Shown: piece by piece, positions 40,132-53,645 of the stretch
How the letters are laid out: each line of letters begins with the position of its first letter
How positions within the stretch are numbered: position 1 is the first letter of the stretch
Origin: Octopus vulgaris
Taxonomy: Eukaryota
NCBI GenBank assembly: GCA_951406725.2
Contig: OX597820.1
Span: 85,684,001 to 85,748,000 of the forward strand
Reading direction: 5' to 3'
DNA length: 64,000 nt
Notes under the pieces: generated by a model
Databases searched by the model: none
What the model was told of the DNA's origin: nothing
Seen by the model: only the letters and a program-made list of their open reading frames with translations
Translations under genes and position numbers: made by a program

Positions 40132-43100
40132 CAAACATTATTCCTACAATTCAACAAGTTCATATAATTAATCCCCAAGTTGCCGCATCCGATTGTGGCC
40201 TTTTTGCCCTGGCGCATGCATTTGAACTGGTCATTGGAAACGCCGCAGAGAATTTTCTATTGATCAGTCAAAAATGCGAGCACATTTAAGATTTTGCCTC
40301 GAAAACAATAAATGTTTTCCTTTCCCGAAAGTAAAGGTTTTTCAAATGTCTACAAAAACCACAGAAGTCACTCACTTTCTATCACCCACCCAGGAATGGA
40401 TTACTCCTAGAAGGACGACTAAAAATTATAATTTTTCACATGAACATTCAGAATAAATTTTATCACCCGATAGGTTCCGTGTTTTAAGTGAATATTTTGA
40501 ACAAAGCCCAAAAAGTAGTCAGAAATTTAATGAGAAAAAGACTTTGCAAACCACTTGCCCGAGAAAAACCATCACACTAGAGAATAAGTCGGTCATAAAT
40601 TTATCTAAACTAAAACCTTCGCCCGACTATGTCTGAGTCTTAGAGCTTGGACTGAGTTTTTGCCCAAGCACTAAGAATTTCGACAGGAATATACTAGCTC
40701 AAGGGCTATTTCAGTTTTCCGCCGTTACAAGCTGAAAGAATATTTTTTTGAAAAAACTGGTAACGAGGAGACGGAAAACCCTATGTTTACTAAAAATAAA
40801 AATGATGAAGATCGAATCTGGCATACTTGGATTGAAAAGAATCCCACTTGGTATCCAGATAAAGTTCGGGATGGACGTTCACAGCACAACTGGAATTTCT
40901 TGAATCTTGCCAGGCAGACATTAAAGAAAGCATTAAAACAAGTGAAAGGATGCCCTGGAATAACCTCACAAATTCCCAACGTTAAGCACTCCGACGTCTA
41001 GCTAATAACGATTCTATTGTTATTAAGATAGCAGATAAGGGAGGCGCTATCGTAATTATGGATGAAAGTGAGTATATTTCGGTTTGTGATGAAGTTTAAA
41101 TGACAAAACTTCATATGAAGAATTACCTGTCGATTCAAACCCCAATTACAGAGAGGAACTTGACAAAATAATTCTGGAAATGGAGGAAAACAATTTTGTT
41201 AATAAGGCTGAATCTAAGATTTTAAAGTCAGAAAGAACAACACCTGTATTTTATGGTCTCTCTAAAATACACAAAAGGTTCGAAAGATTTCCTCCAATGC
41301 GCCCAATTTGCAGCGGATATGAATGTTGCACGGCCATAATTTCGGAATTGCTGGATGGCTTTCCATTCACCGTCGCCAAACGATCAAGTTCCTATATTCG
41401 GGATACCTTTGATTTTGCATCTAAAATCAAAAGGTTTTTTTAAGCACCGAGGCCGAATTGAGAACAGTTTTTTGGTAATTATGGATGTTTCATCCTTATA
41501 TCCCAATAATGACCACAATGAAGGGGCAGAAGCATGCATGGATGACTTCGAAAAGCGGTCAAACAAAAGTATTCCATCAAATTTTCTCTGTAGATTATTG
41601 AGGTTTGTGTTAGAAAGTAACACAATGAAGTTTAGACAAAGCTTTTGCCACCAGTGAAGGGTTGCGCCATGGGTACACCGATGGCAGTTAATTTTGCTAA
41701 TGTCTTCATGACCAAATTCGGGACACAGTTACAGAAGACATTCAAATCTCTACATGGTCATGAACCAATACTCCGGTTACGGTTCATTGACGACGTATTT
41801 TTTTGTCAGGGAAATATCACAAGATAGTTTAATGGACTTCTTGCATTTCTGTGACTGTTAAGCTAGACACTATCGCTTTAAGTCCAACATAAAATTTACG
41901 TCTAATTTTTTCAAAAGCTAGTGTTGAATTTTTGGACACAAAATTCAAGTTCTCTGCAGATAGAATAGTGACAGAGTTATTTGCAAGTCCACGTCATCCC
42001 ACATTTATCTCCACCGCCGCTCCGATCAACCATATCATCTTATTCGGTCAAATCTGAAATCCGAATTTTTGAGGTTAAAACGGATTTGTACTGACATAGG
42101 GGATTACTGGAAACATTCAAATGCTTTTGTATGTCATTATGTCAAACGCGGTTACAGTGAATCGCGATTAAAAGAAATAGCAAATGAAATAGCTAATATT
42201 AGCAAAGATACTCAAATCTACACGCATAATTTTAGCAAACACAATACAATAGATGACAGAATTCCTTTAGTGATTAACTCGCACCGACATTTCGCTGGCA
42301 TTTCAAAAGTGATGCATGAAAGTTACCAGCATGTGGTAAAAAAATATCCTCGTTTCAAACACATATTTCCTCAGCCGCCTATTGTAGCCTTTAGACGGAA
42401 TAAGAATATAAGAGAATTATTGACCTCTATATCTGACTCCAAGGAAACGCACATTGGAGAATCTCCCCTCTGTACCTTAAAGAACAGCCGCAAGAGAGGT
42501 AAGCCCTGTTCCTTGTGCAACAACATGAGTGAAGTGAATTCCATCAAAAATCATAACAGAAATGTTATGATTTATACAGAAGGTGGAACATGTAAAGATT
42601 CCCATTTGGCGTACGCTGCAGAATGCACGAAACACAACATAATTTATGTTGGTTGTACAACAGAAAAACAATTAAACAAAAGGTTTAATGGATACAGATT
42701 CGACGTCAGGCACAATAACAGTAGTTCGACAGAACTTGCTGAACATTTCGTTTCTAGCGGCTGCAATTCTGAAGGAGAATTGAAAGTGCATATTCTAGAA
42801 AATATTCTGGATCTGCTTAATTTTCACTTGTCATAATGTGTATTGAGAAATATGTTTGCGGGTTATTGATATCACGCTCTGGAGGAATGATTAAGATGAC
42901 AGGAGAATATCATCAAATTTAAAGAAAACTGTTTGATTAAGTATACTTCTTTCTCTCTTCTTATTTTCTTTTTTTTTCTATCGTCTTCTTTCTTTCTGTT
43001 TTCTCTGTCTTATTCTTTGCGCCTGTTATAAAATTATAACATCAACGTGTGGACGCTGGTTGTTCTCTACTCCGCTGGAAATAGGAAGGACTGTACGAAA

Positions 43101-43175
43101 TATCCTCGATATCTATGGTAAGTGGTTGTGATCCGGTATTAATGATATTGTTTCCCAATGAGAATCATTCGGAAT
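40132..43175 (+). mobile_element. Penelope-like element (Neptune-type): protease C-half, RT, Cys-rich linker, GIY-YIG, 3' tail
   Basis: SDCGLFALAHAF, SVINLS, LGLSFCP, ADKGGAIVIMD, FYGLSKIHK..RPI, MDVSSLYPN, GCAMGTPMAVNFANVFM, RFIDDVF, EFLD, KRGYS, AFRRNKNIRELL, C..C..C, AYAAECTKHNIIYVGCT...LAEHF. Coding ends at about 42940. Confidence 0.95.
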
Positions 43176-43178
43176 CTT

Positions 43179-43277
43179 CAAGAAGAAGAAGAAGAAGAAG
43201 AAGAAGAAGAAGAAGAAGAAGAAGAAGAAGAAGAAGAAGAAGAAGAAGAAGAAGAAGAAGAAGAAGAAGAAGAAGAA
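43179..43277. repeat. (GAA)n array
   Basis: Directly visible; further (GAA)/(CAA) array at 43980-44080. Confidence 0.97.
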
Positions 43278-43289
43278 TATAAAGTGTAC

Positions 43290-43975
43290 CCTTAACAGGC
43301 AATGACTTTCGGTAGCAGTGCCAGGTCAGGGTTTCTAGAAATTATGTGTGGGCTCCACCCAATAGTTCTGCGGGAAAAATCAAATAGTTACCGATGCCCT
43401 GAGATTCCGCAAGGATGTTAATCTTACCAACCACTAATCCTCTCAAGAAAGCCACGTTGGAACATTTATCGGCCACATTGTCTGACTGGTGGCAGACTCT
43501 GAACTCCTTAACTGCAAGGCGTCCAGCATCAGTCTGCGCTTGATCCAAGACTGTAGTTCTGCCTAAGAGACGAGCGGTGACTATCACATCTGGCAAGTCA
43601 ACCACATTTGCTCTCTTTCGAGGAGAATTTGGAGATGTGATAATACAACGTATGTCTGTGTATCATGAGCCACTCAATACAATGGATGTCCTGAGCAGCA
43701 CACCATATCCCTTCAGCAGAAAATGGAAAAGGAAGAGTTCCGTTCTGGTCAGCCATGAAGCGGGGTAAACCATTACTGTAAGGTGACAGTATATATGGTA
43801 TGCAAAGTCGGTCCTTTCAACCTACACATATCTATTCAGTGATAGTTTTATTTGAACCTATCCCTCGGCGAGGCTAACCACTCTGAATATCACCTCTTCG
43901 AAGTTCTTATCTAGTTGGATCAAAGAAAGCAAATTTGATCCCGGCATTATTTGAACTCTGTACATAAAGAGCTGG
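43290..43975 (-). mobile_element. L1/Tx1-type LINE ORF2 C-terminal remnant
   Basis: Minus strand reads IQLDKNFEEVIFRVVSLA..NKLSL..YHIYCHLTVMVYPASWLT..LFHFLLKG, resembling the post-RT region of Tx1/L1. A related piece may lie at about 12890-13050. Confidence 0.6.
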
Positions 43976-44825
43976 GATGGAAGAAGAAGAAGAAGAAGAA
44001 GAAGAAGAAGAAGAAGAAGAAGAAGAAGAAGAAGAAGAAGAAGAAGAAGAAGAACAACAACAACAACAACAACAACAACAAACTTATACAAATTCTACAA
44101 TGACTGTTGCTACTTCGATGCTGCAAAATATCTCAGGCTTACTACAGTGGTTGCCATGATAACTGCTTCTACTACAATAAGAGAAAAAAAAAATCCTCAT
44201 ACTGATAATAATACGATAAAATGAATTCCGATGCTACTGCTATGACTTTCCTTACAATAAACGTTTAGATGAGGTGTTAGACAACTCTTTTGACAACAGT
44301 CATAATCTCCCGATATTTCTTCAATTGATTTATTTTGTTGGTGGCTCAATGGCCCGAAATATAGGGAATTATTTAATTATACCTAAGATAACACCTGAAT
44401 ACCGTGTTGTTTCTTAAAGATATTTTACATTCTTCTGCATAGCAGGAAGATTTCCAACATAGTCGATTTACAAACATATTTATAATATATGTCCTTTTGC
44501 ATGTGCTCGCATGCATATATGTGTGTGGCTACATATTTACACATACATACCTACATACATACATGCTTACCAATATACACAGACAAACCGACCTCAAACT
44601 CAATCATAAATACATACATGCATACATACACACATACATATATATGTATGTGTTTGTCTGTGCGTGAGCATATGAGTTTTTGTATGTGTGCGTGCCTTAA
44701 AAGGATTCCAAGCATTTTCATTGATATGGTATTTGAAGAATGCCTCAACTCCAAGAAACTACGAATTAGACGTGCAGGAGTCAACTTTATCGATAAAACA
44801 CAAACGTATATTAATAGATATATGC

Positions 44826-44876
<51 letters not shown>

Positions 44877-44939
44877 TATAACTATATACATATATGTATA
44901 TAGTTATATAATATGTATTCATATGTATGGATGTGTATG

Positions 44940-44995
<56 letters not shown>

Positions 44996-47929
44996 CACTC
45001 GCAAGAACATATACAGGTATATAGTTGGTAACTATCTCGCGCTATGTGGCTCAATTTCTGTATATGAATGTGTGTATGTGTCTATGCCTTTCAGTGTGTG
45101 TTTACGTATAAATATATGCCTTCATACATGCGCACTGATACACATTATGTTCGTTAGGCAAAGCTTCTCGTTAGTTCTTTCCATCTTTATATTTTGCGAT
45201 TTGTATGCTATTAGTTTTGTCTCTGTAGCAATGTGATTATATAATTCTCAAAGTAAATCACAAATGCGTTTGTTGTCATGAACTTTTAGGATTAATAGTT
45301 TAATAACTTATTAATTTAGGCAGGTGTTTATCGGAGAGGAAAAATCTTATGAATGCTATTGGGAATCTCTTATCGCTTAATACTGCAATATTCTCTTGAG
45401 ATCTAATAACAAATTACGAATGGGAACTAGTGAACCGAAATTAAATATATAGATGTACGCACCAGAAATAATCACACATGCACACACACACATATACACG
45501 CTTGTGCACACAGATACACACATATAGAAATAGAGATGCAAGGCAGCAGGCACACGCATGCGCTCAAACGCAATATTGTACGATTCAATTCTAAATGACA
45601 TACACATATATAGATATATACATAGATCTGTATAACCTCAAGTATACAATATTTATATGCACGTGTGTGTGTATGTGTATACAGATTTATGTGTGTGTTT
45701 GTATGTCCGTGTGTGTGAGCACACTCTGATGAACGTAGATTAGTTAGACCCAGTATATATACATACAACAGCTGATAAATACATATATAAACTACATGCA
45801 TACTGAAAGAGAACAGAACAAAGATACGCACCAACTAGGAAAAAGACACGCACTTTCAGCACTTATGTTCGCTCATCCAATCACAGATATACACACATTG
45901 CAACATACCCTCAAATAGCTACACAGACGGTGTTTGAGTTCCTGTGTACTTTGAACTAATCTCAAGGCCGATCTCTTTAATTGTAATTCCTTTGTTTGAC
46001 AGCTTTGTAATTTCTGAATATTTATTTTGTTATTGTTAATTCGTTTCTTATCTTTATTTTTAATTAAAAGCCAAACATTACCATATATTATGCTTAAGAA
46101 ATAAAGGAATATATGCAAACAGACTTATCAGATAATTCCTGTCGAGTTATCAAAAGCAAGCAATAACCCTAAAGAAACTATAATTTTTTCTCTTTTAAGA
46201 TGATTCAAAAGATAAATGTAATTTTCCCATATTCTGGTTGCTATTAAATTTGATTTCACAGGGACGTTTTCTTTAGACATATAAGACGCTCACATTTTCG
46301 TTGAAATAAATCAGTGACTAGCTTTTCTGCTATAGACAAAACGTGTCAATCTAAAGCTGAAAGAGATCTACATTTAAACACATAAAAGAAAATAGCGTCT
46401 ATCATTTATTATCTATTGTTTCTCTATATCGCTTTTGTCCAGTTTCTATATCATAGTGGGAAACTATAATGGAGAAACATACATAAATAAGGAAAAGCAA
46501 AAAGAAAAAAGAAAAAGAAATCTAAAAAAATAACAACTAAGGATAGAATAATATAGATATAAAATAGAAGAGAACTGTCGGAATTGAAGTGAAATAAAGG
46601 TTTGTTGAAACTTACAAGACCATTATTATAACAATGGTCAACAAAAGAACTGACCTGTCCGTCCTATAAATGACCTGTTTTCTTAAATACAAATTCAGAT
46701 GGCAGATTTGTATGCGTTCTTGTTTCTTTTCATCTTTGTTATTCTCTCTTAAAGTTTGGTTGATGTAAACTGACATTCATTCATCCAATAGCTTCGTCTT
46801 GGCTATTCTTCAACTATAGGCAGTAGTTTAATTGTTTCTAATACACTGATTTCTTGTACTGTTTTTCTCTTTCACCAGTTTTGCATCGCTGTCTTCTTAA
46901 TTACTGTCATTTGCATTAATATACTATAAAAATAATTCATTTAAACTTTCGAGCCATTGATTACTCTTCACTAAACTTGTTGTAGTAAAGTACACCATTC
47001 ACTCTTCCAGACCTCAGTATATATCTGGTACCTTTTCAAACGGATTAAACACAGTACATCACTCTAAGGTGATTATTTCAACTCTATCTCATTTAGCATG
47101 TTTTCACGCGAAACGTTTCGTTATCTATGTAACTTGATAATTTCAGCGAATTCACAGAATGGACAGACTGTCGAATAACGTGCATTAGGGTACGATATAT
47201 ATTCTAACTCTATAGTTTCTTAGTTCAAATCCTCTGGGTTCGAGAGAATAAAGTACCAGTCAAATGATGAGGACGTTTTAGGCGATTAAATATTTGCTGC
47301 GAATTTTTGGCTTTGTCGCAGGTTATATGAGAAAGAAGTATAGTTTCAGAAAAATTAATATCTTTTTCGAGCACCGTTTTTGGCTTTCTTTGATCCCCGT
47401 CGACCCCAACCAGCAGTATGCATAATATCCTCTAACTTGGAAACATTGAAGGGAGGTCAATGGTCTGACAGTCTATCCGTATGGCCAACTCCGTCTTCAT
47501 TTAATAATCGAAATATTTTGTTTTCAGGTGATAAAATTCCATATTGTTGAGGTGTCACGAGGTCATGATTTCTTGAAAATCAATATGATATTCTAAAAAG
47601 TAGCAGACATCAATGTCAGTTATGTAACTGTAAATTATTGATGTTTCCTACGGCGCTAGACATATCTCAGCTTCCATTTTAGCCAGGACTAAAGGCGATA
47701 TATCACACTAGATTTGTTTCCATGCCATTATATGCTATATTCACCAGAAGTGATTGATTGACTGAATATTTTAAAAGTAGTGTTGACACTTAAATATTAT
47801 TGAAATACCAACTCGCAAAATATCAGACAAGTTTCTGTTGAGGAGCAAAATAATGTATCTAATTGTCAAGAAAAGTCTGCCATGTATAAAATAACAAACT
47901 TATATGTCAATATCATTATATATCTCTAT

Positions 47930-48050
<121 letters not shown>

Positions 48051-49184
48051 CAAACATACATATTTGTTAATATATATATATATATATACATTTATATATG
48101 TGCATATTATTTAATAGGCACTAGACACTAGATTTAAACATTATGGCATATAGGGTACACAGGCCACATTTACATGAAACAACAGGCTCGCTGCAGAGGC
48201 TTGGCAAAGGATAAAGACACACTTCCAAGCACCTAGTTTTCATCTCATAGTCTGTTTATTGCTCATATATGGCAGTGACTGGTTAGCACACGAAGTTTCA
48301 ATGCAAACTTTTATCGTGTAATATAAGTGCAGCAAGTTTTAGAAACTTAGGTCTATACTCTGCACCGATACCTGTGAAAAATATTTTCTTTTACGCTTGG
48401 CATCTGAAATACCTTTAAGGAACGCCAGCTGTAGAATATTGAGACGATTCCTTTCTATATATAGACGTCATGGAACACTGTATTTCAGAAGTTATTGCTG
48501 TTCTCAGACAATTTTTATGAGTCCAAATATATTGAATGTCCTCTCCTGAACATATCATGAGCATGAAGTCCACATACGTTCTTAGGCCGACATAATCACA
48601 GGTAAGGTTTTCATCAAATACTTCAACATGGGTGAAATCAACCTATTCAGATGCAGAGGGATATGAGCAGAGCTTATAAAAGACTTCAAATTGGATATTT
48701 TGTTGTGTGAACACATTACGAAATTCACATTGGGAAAGCTTGGATAAATTTTTCAGATTCATTTCTTATCTCTACATCATGTGAATCACATAAACTTTCT
48801 ATGACTTGAAGTTTCTCTTGCAATAGTTCGAAACAATTCAACTGACAAGTACATAAAAACTTAGATGCGGGTCTGTTTTTTTTTTTTTTGTTATTGGGGT
48901 AAAATCAAATTGCTCTGGAACTGACGCTGGATTTGGGTTATAGTTTCTCTCTCTTATTATCTATTTCATGCTGCATAATGTATTCCTCGTACATTATTGC
49001 AATTCTTGATACCAATTTCGAATTGATTGCAGAATTTTTTCTAAAGAATAAGATATATCTACATCTTTATTCGGGTCAAAACTACTGCACAATTTAAACC
49101 GCAAAAGAATTAAAATCAAGATTTTGGCCATCAAACCAGTTTCAAAACAATCCATTTTTGAGCCAATATTTCAGCTGAGCTTGG

Positions 49185-49400
49185 TAAGGCAGCGAACTCG
49201 CAGAATTGTTAGCACACAGGGCAAAATGCACAGCCGCATTTTGTACGTCTTTTTATATTCTGAGTTCAAAATCTGCTGAGGTTGACTTTGTTTTTCATTC
49301 TTTCGCGGTCGATAAAAGAAGTACCAGTTGAAAACTGGGGTCCATGTAATCGAGTTGTCCCTTTTTCCTAAATGTCTGGCAGTGTGGCAAATTTGGAATC
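49185..49400 (+). mobile_element. Degraded family A SINE
   Basis: AAGGCAGCGAACTCGCAGAA head, TGAGTTCAAA, GTCGATAAAAGAAGTACCAG. Confidence 0.8.
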
Positions 49401-49997
49401 AATATTTGTGTTTCATATATAGTGGCATATAAGGTAATCAATGTTAAAATATAATCTGAAAAGAAGGAAATCGGAAATATCAACAAAGTAGGAAGAAAAC
49501 GATAACTGATAACAGCAATGTACACCCACTTCATTTAATCCTGTAATAGTTATATTAAGAGAGGTAGTTTCCATGAAATTGTATCATTCGCACCTCTGAG
49601 GCAGATGAGCAGGCCTGCCACTAGAGTAATCAACTGTTAAATGAAAAGAGTTCGGATGATTAACACCAAATTATGGAGAATTAATGATTTTATTTTCATA
49701 AAAAATACTCTGTTTCGAAATTGAATCACGTTTGTGGGGCTCTGGAACCGAAATGGCGCACAAACGCATCATAAATTAGTCTTCAAAAAAAAAAAAGTTA
49801 TATATTTTATGGTTCTCTATAGACTTTGAAACATGTTATGATGGTCCTGCGTTTCGGACACATTTATTTAGCAAAATTGGAGTCTCCAGATCTAACGGTC
49901 CAAATTATTTTTGTCTGTCCCGTTACTACAAGACCAAGAACAAGAGTGAAATAAAAAAAATGCAATGATTAAACAAATAATACATACAAAAATAAAG

Positions 49998-50049
49998 ATC
50001 TAGTCAAACGATCCTTTATGGTTTGCCATAAAGGATCGTTTGACTAGAT
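49998..50049. repeat. Perfect 24-bp inverted repeat with 4-nt loop
   Basis: ATCTAGTCAAACGATCCTTTATGG-TTTG-CCATAAAGGATCGTTTGACTAGAT. Confidence 0.97.
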
Positions 50050-52082
50050 AGTAAATGTGCTCTACATCCAAACTCGAGAACAAAAGCAAATATAAATTTA
50101 TAATATAATCAGTACAGCATTTAGCTTGGTTTTTGTTATTCTTGCTTTTATTATAGTCATTGTTTGTTTGATGTTTTTTTCGTTACAATCAGAATGTTCG
50201 TTTCGCTTTTAGTATATATAGAAAATATTGTTTTTCAGGTCTGAGACAGAGTTTCTTCTTTCATTTATATACTATATTTATCAAATTTTAAAACTTCTTT
50301 GCGTGTCTCATTCGTAGAAAAAAAACTAGCAAAATGGAGATAACCAAGCAATATTAAACATATTCAACGAAGGTTTTCATAAACACACTATAGCAACACT
50401 GCCGCTGCAGAAAATTTAACTCGTTAAAAATGCTTACTCTCGGGACCATTTGAAATTTTCCAAAACTATTTTGAGATGGCCCTGCGTTTCGGACTCTATT
50501 TTTAGCCAAATATTGAGGTTTGTTGGTAATAAGGGAGATAATTATAGAATGCGTGGGGATCAACATTCAACGTGTTTTGAAATGGTGAAGAGGAATCTAC
50601 GTTAACCGAAGCTGTAGAAATGTAATGGAAAAAGAAAGGGGCTATTGAAATAAAAATGCGTTTCAGCGTAATTAGCGTATTTAGAAGGAAGGTATATAAT
50701 TTTTGTTATCATTTAAGCTAATGTTTGGAAACTGTACATGCATATATAAAGATGACAATACAAATGATGTAGCGGGGTATATGAAATGAAATTCAATAAA
50801 ATATAGCTTAATAAATTTATTAATAACAGGAGAAGTTCTGTAAACTGACAATAAATGAATAACAATAAAGAAAACACTTAGGTGAATGTGTTAATTAGGT
50901 ATAGTTGAGGAAAGGTCCATGAACTTTATCTAATTAAAAGTCAGAAAAATTATTAAATCTCTAATGCATGTTGACTGAAATACGCCGACAACACAGAGTT
51001 GGTGTATGTATTTTATCAAAAAACAAAAGATTCCGAGGTCCTTCCAGAGTTAAGCTTATAAGGCTAGTTTCATGGGTTCTGTGGCGTATAAATCTGTTTT
51101 AATGGCGAGACGCTAGCCTGTTGCAAGATACCCAGTTTTTGCCTGCTGACTGAACTGGACCAATATGATATTAAGTACTTTCCTCAAGCACATAATTCAA
51201 CCACAATATTATGATCATGAGTGTTTCACCCTCATCAATAAACCACACGACTCCAGACTGTACAAAGTAAGTTCTTTACAACCATGGCAAAGCAACGTAA
51301 AGCAGGGAGAATATTAAATGTTTATGAATTCTAAGCCATTTAACACAATTATGTTGGGAAAATATTGAAGACACAGTATAGGATATCAAAAGAATCAGTT
51401 GCATTATGAATGTTTGATAACTGTTCATTACAAATTATCACAGTAAGTTAAACATATATAGCAAAATAGTGTGCTCTATAAAAAAAAACACGAATTCTAT
51501 ACGATATGTAAATGTGAGGATAAATGTTTATGCCTAAGGATATGATACAGCAAGACAGATGATCAAAATATGAAGAAGGTGTTTATAATTCTTCAACAAT
51601 AATTGATTATGATAAAACGAAAAGCTAAGGTATGTACTAAATGATCCACGGAAAGATACGCTTAAAATATTGGAAGAGAAACGTTGAAATAGATGCCTAA
51701 AATATATATTATATGAATTATGCTCAAGTAAGAGAAGTCTTAGTATGAAAAATGCATACAATACAACAATAAAACGTTGCAGAAGCAAAAAAATATAGAA
51801 AAGAGAGAGTTATCACCAGAAAGATATATGAAAATGTTTATAAGTTTAAACATTTTAGAAATAAAGGTAGAGAAATTTTCTAACAACTATCTCTTATTCT
51901 TTTTATTCTGCAAGTGGTGACGTCAAATATATGTGCAAATCATTAAAATACTTTTTGTCTTTCTCTCATTCCAAACACTATTCTAATTCTTTAAATTAAT
52001 TCTTCTATTAAAAAAATGAATAAATTCTCCATGTGTTAACTATTTCGATACTGATTGTGGTTTATTACACTGTTAACAATTG

Positions 52083-52315
52083 AAGGCGGCCAGCTGGCAG
52101 AAACGTTAGCACGCCGGGCGAAATGCGTATCCGTATTTCGTCTGCCGTTACGTTGTGAGTTCAAATTCCGCCGAGATCGACTTTGCTTTTCATCCTTTCG
52201 GGGTCGCTAAATTAAGTATCAGTTACGCATTGGTGTCGATGTAGTCGATTTATTCCTTTTGTCTGTCCTTGTTTGTCCCCTCTATGTCTAGCCCCTTGTG
52301 GGCAATAAAGAAATA
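52083..52315 (+). mobile_element. Young monomeric family A SINE with 17-bp TSD
   Basis: TACACTGTTAACAATTG at 52066-52082 and 52316-52332 flanks a near-consensus copy. Confidence 0.95.
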
Positions 52316-53404
52316 TACACTGTTAACAATTGGAAGAGTCCTTTATGTAATCATTCGTAGTTAAAGACCTTTGTCTTCTTCATAAACTCATCCTCTGAGC
52401 ATTCAGAAGAATTTTTCTATCGTATTGGCTTAACAGCCCTCAACGTTTGTTTCTACTGTTTTGTTCTCATTGTCCTGTTCTTGTTACCTCTTTCACTCTC
52501 TGTAAAAAATCCCAAATTTTATTTAATTTGCTTTGCGGGAAGGACTGTTTCAACGAAGTTGCGTTTTGTCCTTGCCTTCGAAACGAGGAGTAGATGAAAT
52601 AGGGAAAAATGAAGAAGGGGAATATTCTTTATGTTGTATGTCTCGTTTCTCGGTTTGGTTGATTCGTTGTTCGAAAAAACAAGTTCGTTTCTATGTTTTT
52701 GTTTTCCTTTCTCATTGTGTTCAACGTTATCTTTTATGTCATATTTTATGTCATGTACACATATATCACATAGATGCATGTATATATACACATATATGTA
52801 GGTATGTACGTATATGTAGGTATATATACATATATTTGTATATTATTTAAGACTGTTAGATTTCATTATTTTCCTACTTTTTTTTTGTCCTGTGTGAGTT
52901 ACAGAGAGGTTGTCTGTGGAGTCATATTTTGTACCGAAAAGAAATAACAGTCTTTTGGCTGCTATTTGTAAATTTTTCGGTTTGTGGTCTAGCAACATGT
53001 TGCTAAACCCTTAATTATTGTTATAATTATATATAAAACTTCTTGTATAAGTTTTTACCGAATATGGTTCCTTTCCATACCGAAACTACTTGGTAAAATG
53101 TATTAATTATAAATTAATAATTTTTTACCCTATATCTATAATATACATATGCAGAGAGAGAGAGAGGGGGAGAGGTGGGAGACAGAAAGTGAGAGTCGAC
53201 ATGTATCAGTCAAAGCTTTCCCGTAGTGGGATCTTATATTCAGTGCCACTGCATGGTACTTTGGAGTAGTGTGTCCTAACTCCGGGTCTCTCTTGCTCAG
53301 GCTCTCTCTCTCTCTCTCCGCTTTCTCTCCCTCTCTCTCGCCTTGTATCGAAACACACATACATATATATATTTATATGTATGCATGTATACATGTATAT
53401 AATG

Positions 53405-53645
53405 CTGGTGGTTGGATCTGTATATGTTCTTGTGCTTGTGTTGTGTTTATTTCCCAACACTTGACAGCCAATGTTTGTTTCCTAGTATCAACCTAACGTA
53501 GAGGTTCGGCAGATGAACATATTAGAATAAGTACCAGATTTAAAAGGAAAGCAAGTACTAGCATTTATTTGTTCGACTAGTCCCTTTAAAGCGCTACCCC
53601 GGCATGTCCTCTATCCAATGACTGAAACAAAAGTTAAAAGATAGG
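53405..53645 (+). mobile_element. Degraded family B SINE
   Basis: GGTTCGGCA..TAGAATAAGTACCAG..TTGTTCGACTA..CAATGACTGAAACAA. Confidence 0.75.

Noticed and set aside
42069-42836. Longest ORF (255 aa) as a functional stand-alone gene
   Set aside because: It is a surviving piece of the frameshifted Penelope ORF and is itself cut short by a frameshift in the GIY-YIG region.
47100-47155. Possible hammerhead remnant on the minus strand (GAAACGTTTCG)
   Set aside because: No properly spaced CUGANGA core or stem I.
48489-48601. Exon-like segment (TTTCAG ... CAG|GTAAGG)
   Set aside because: Stops occur in all three frames; it cannot be supported as coding without RNA data.
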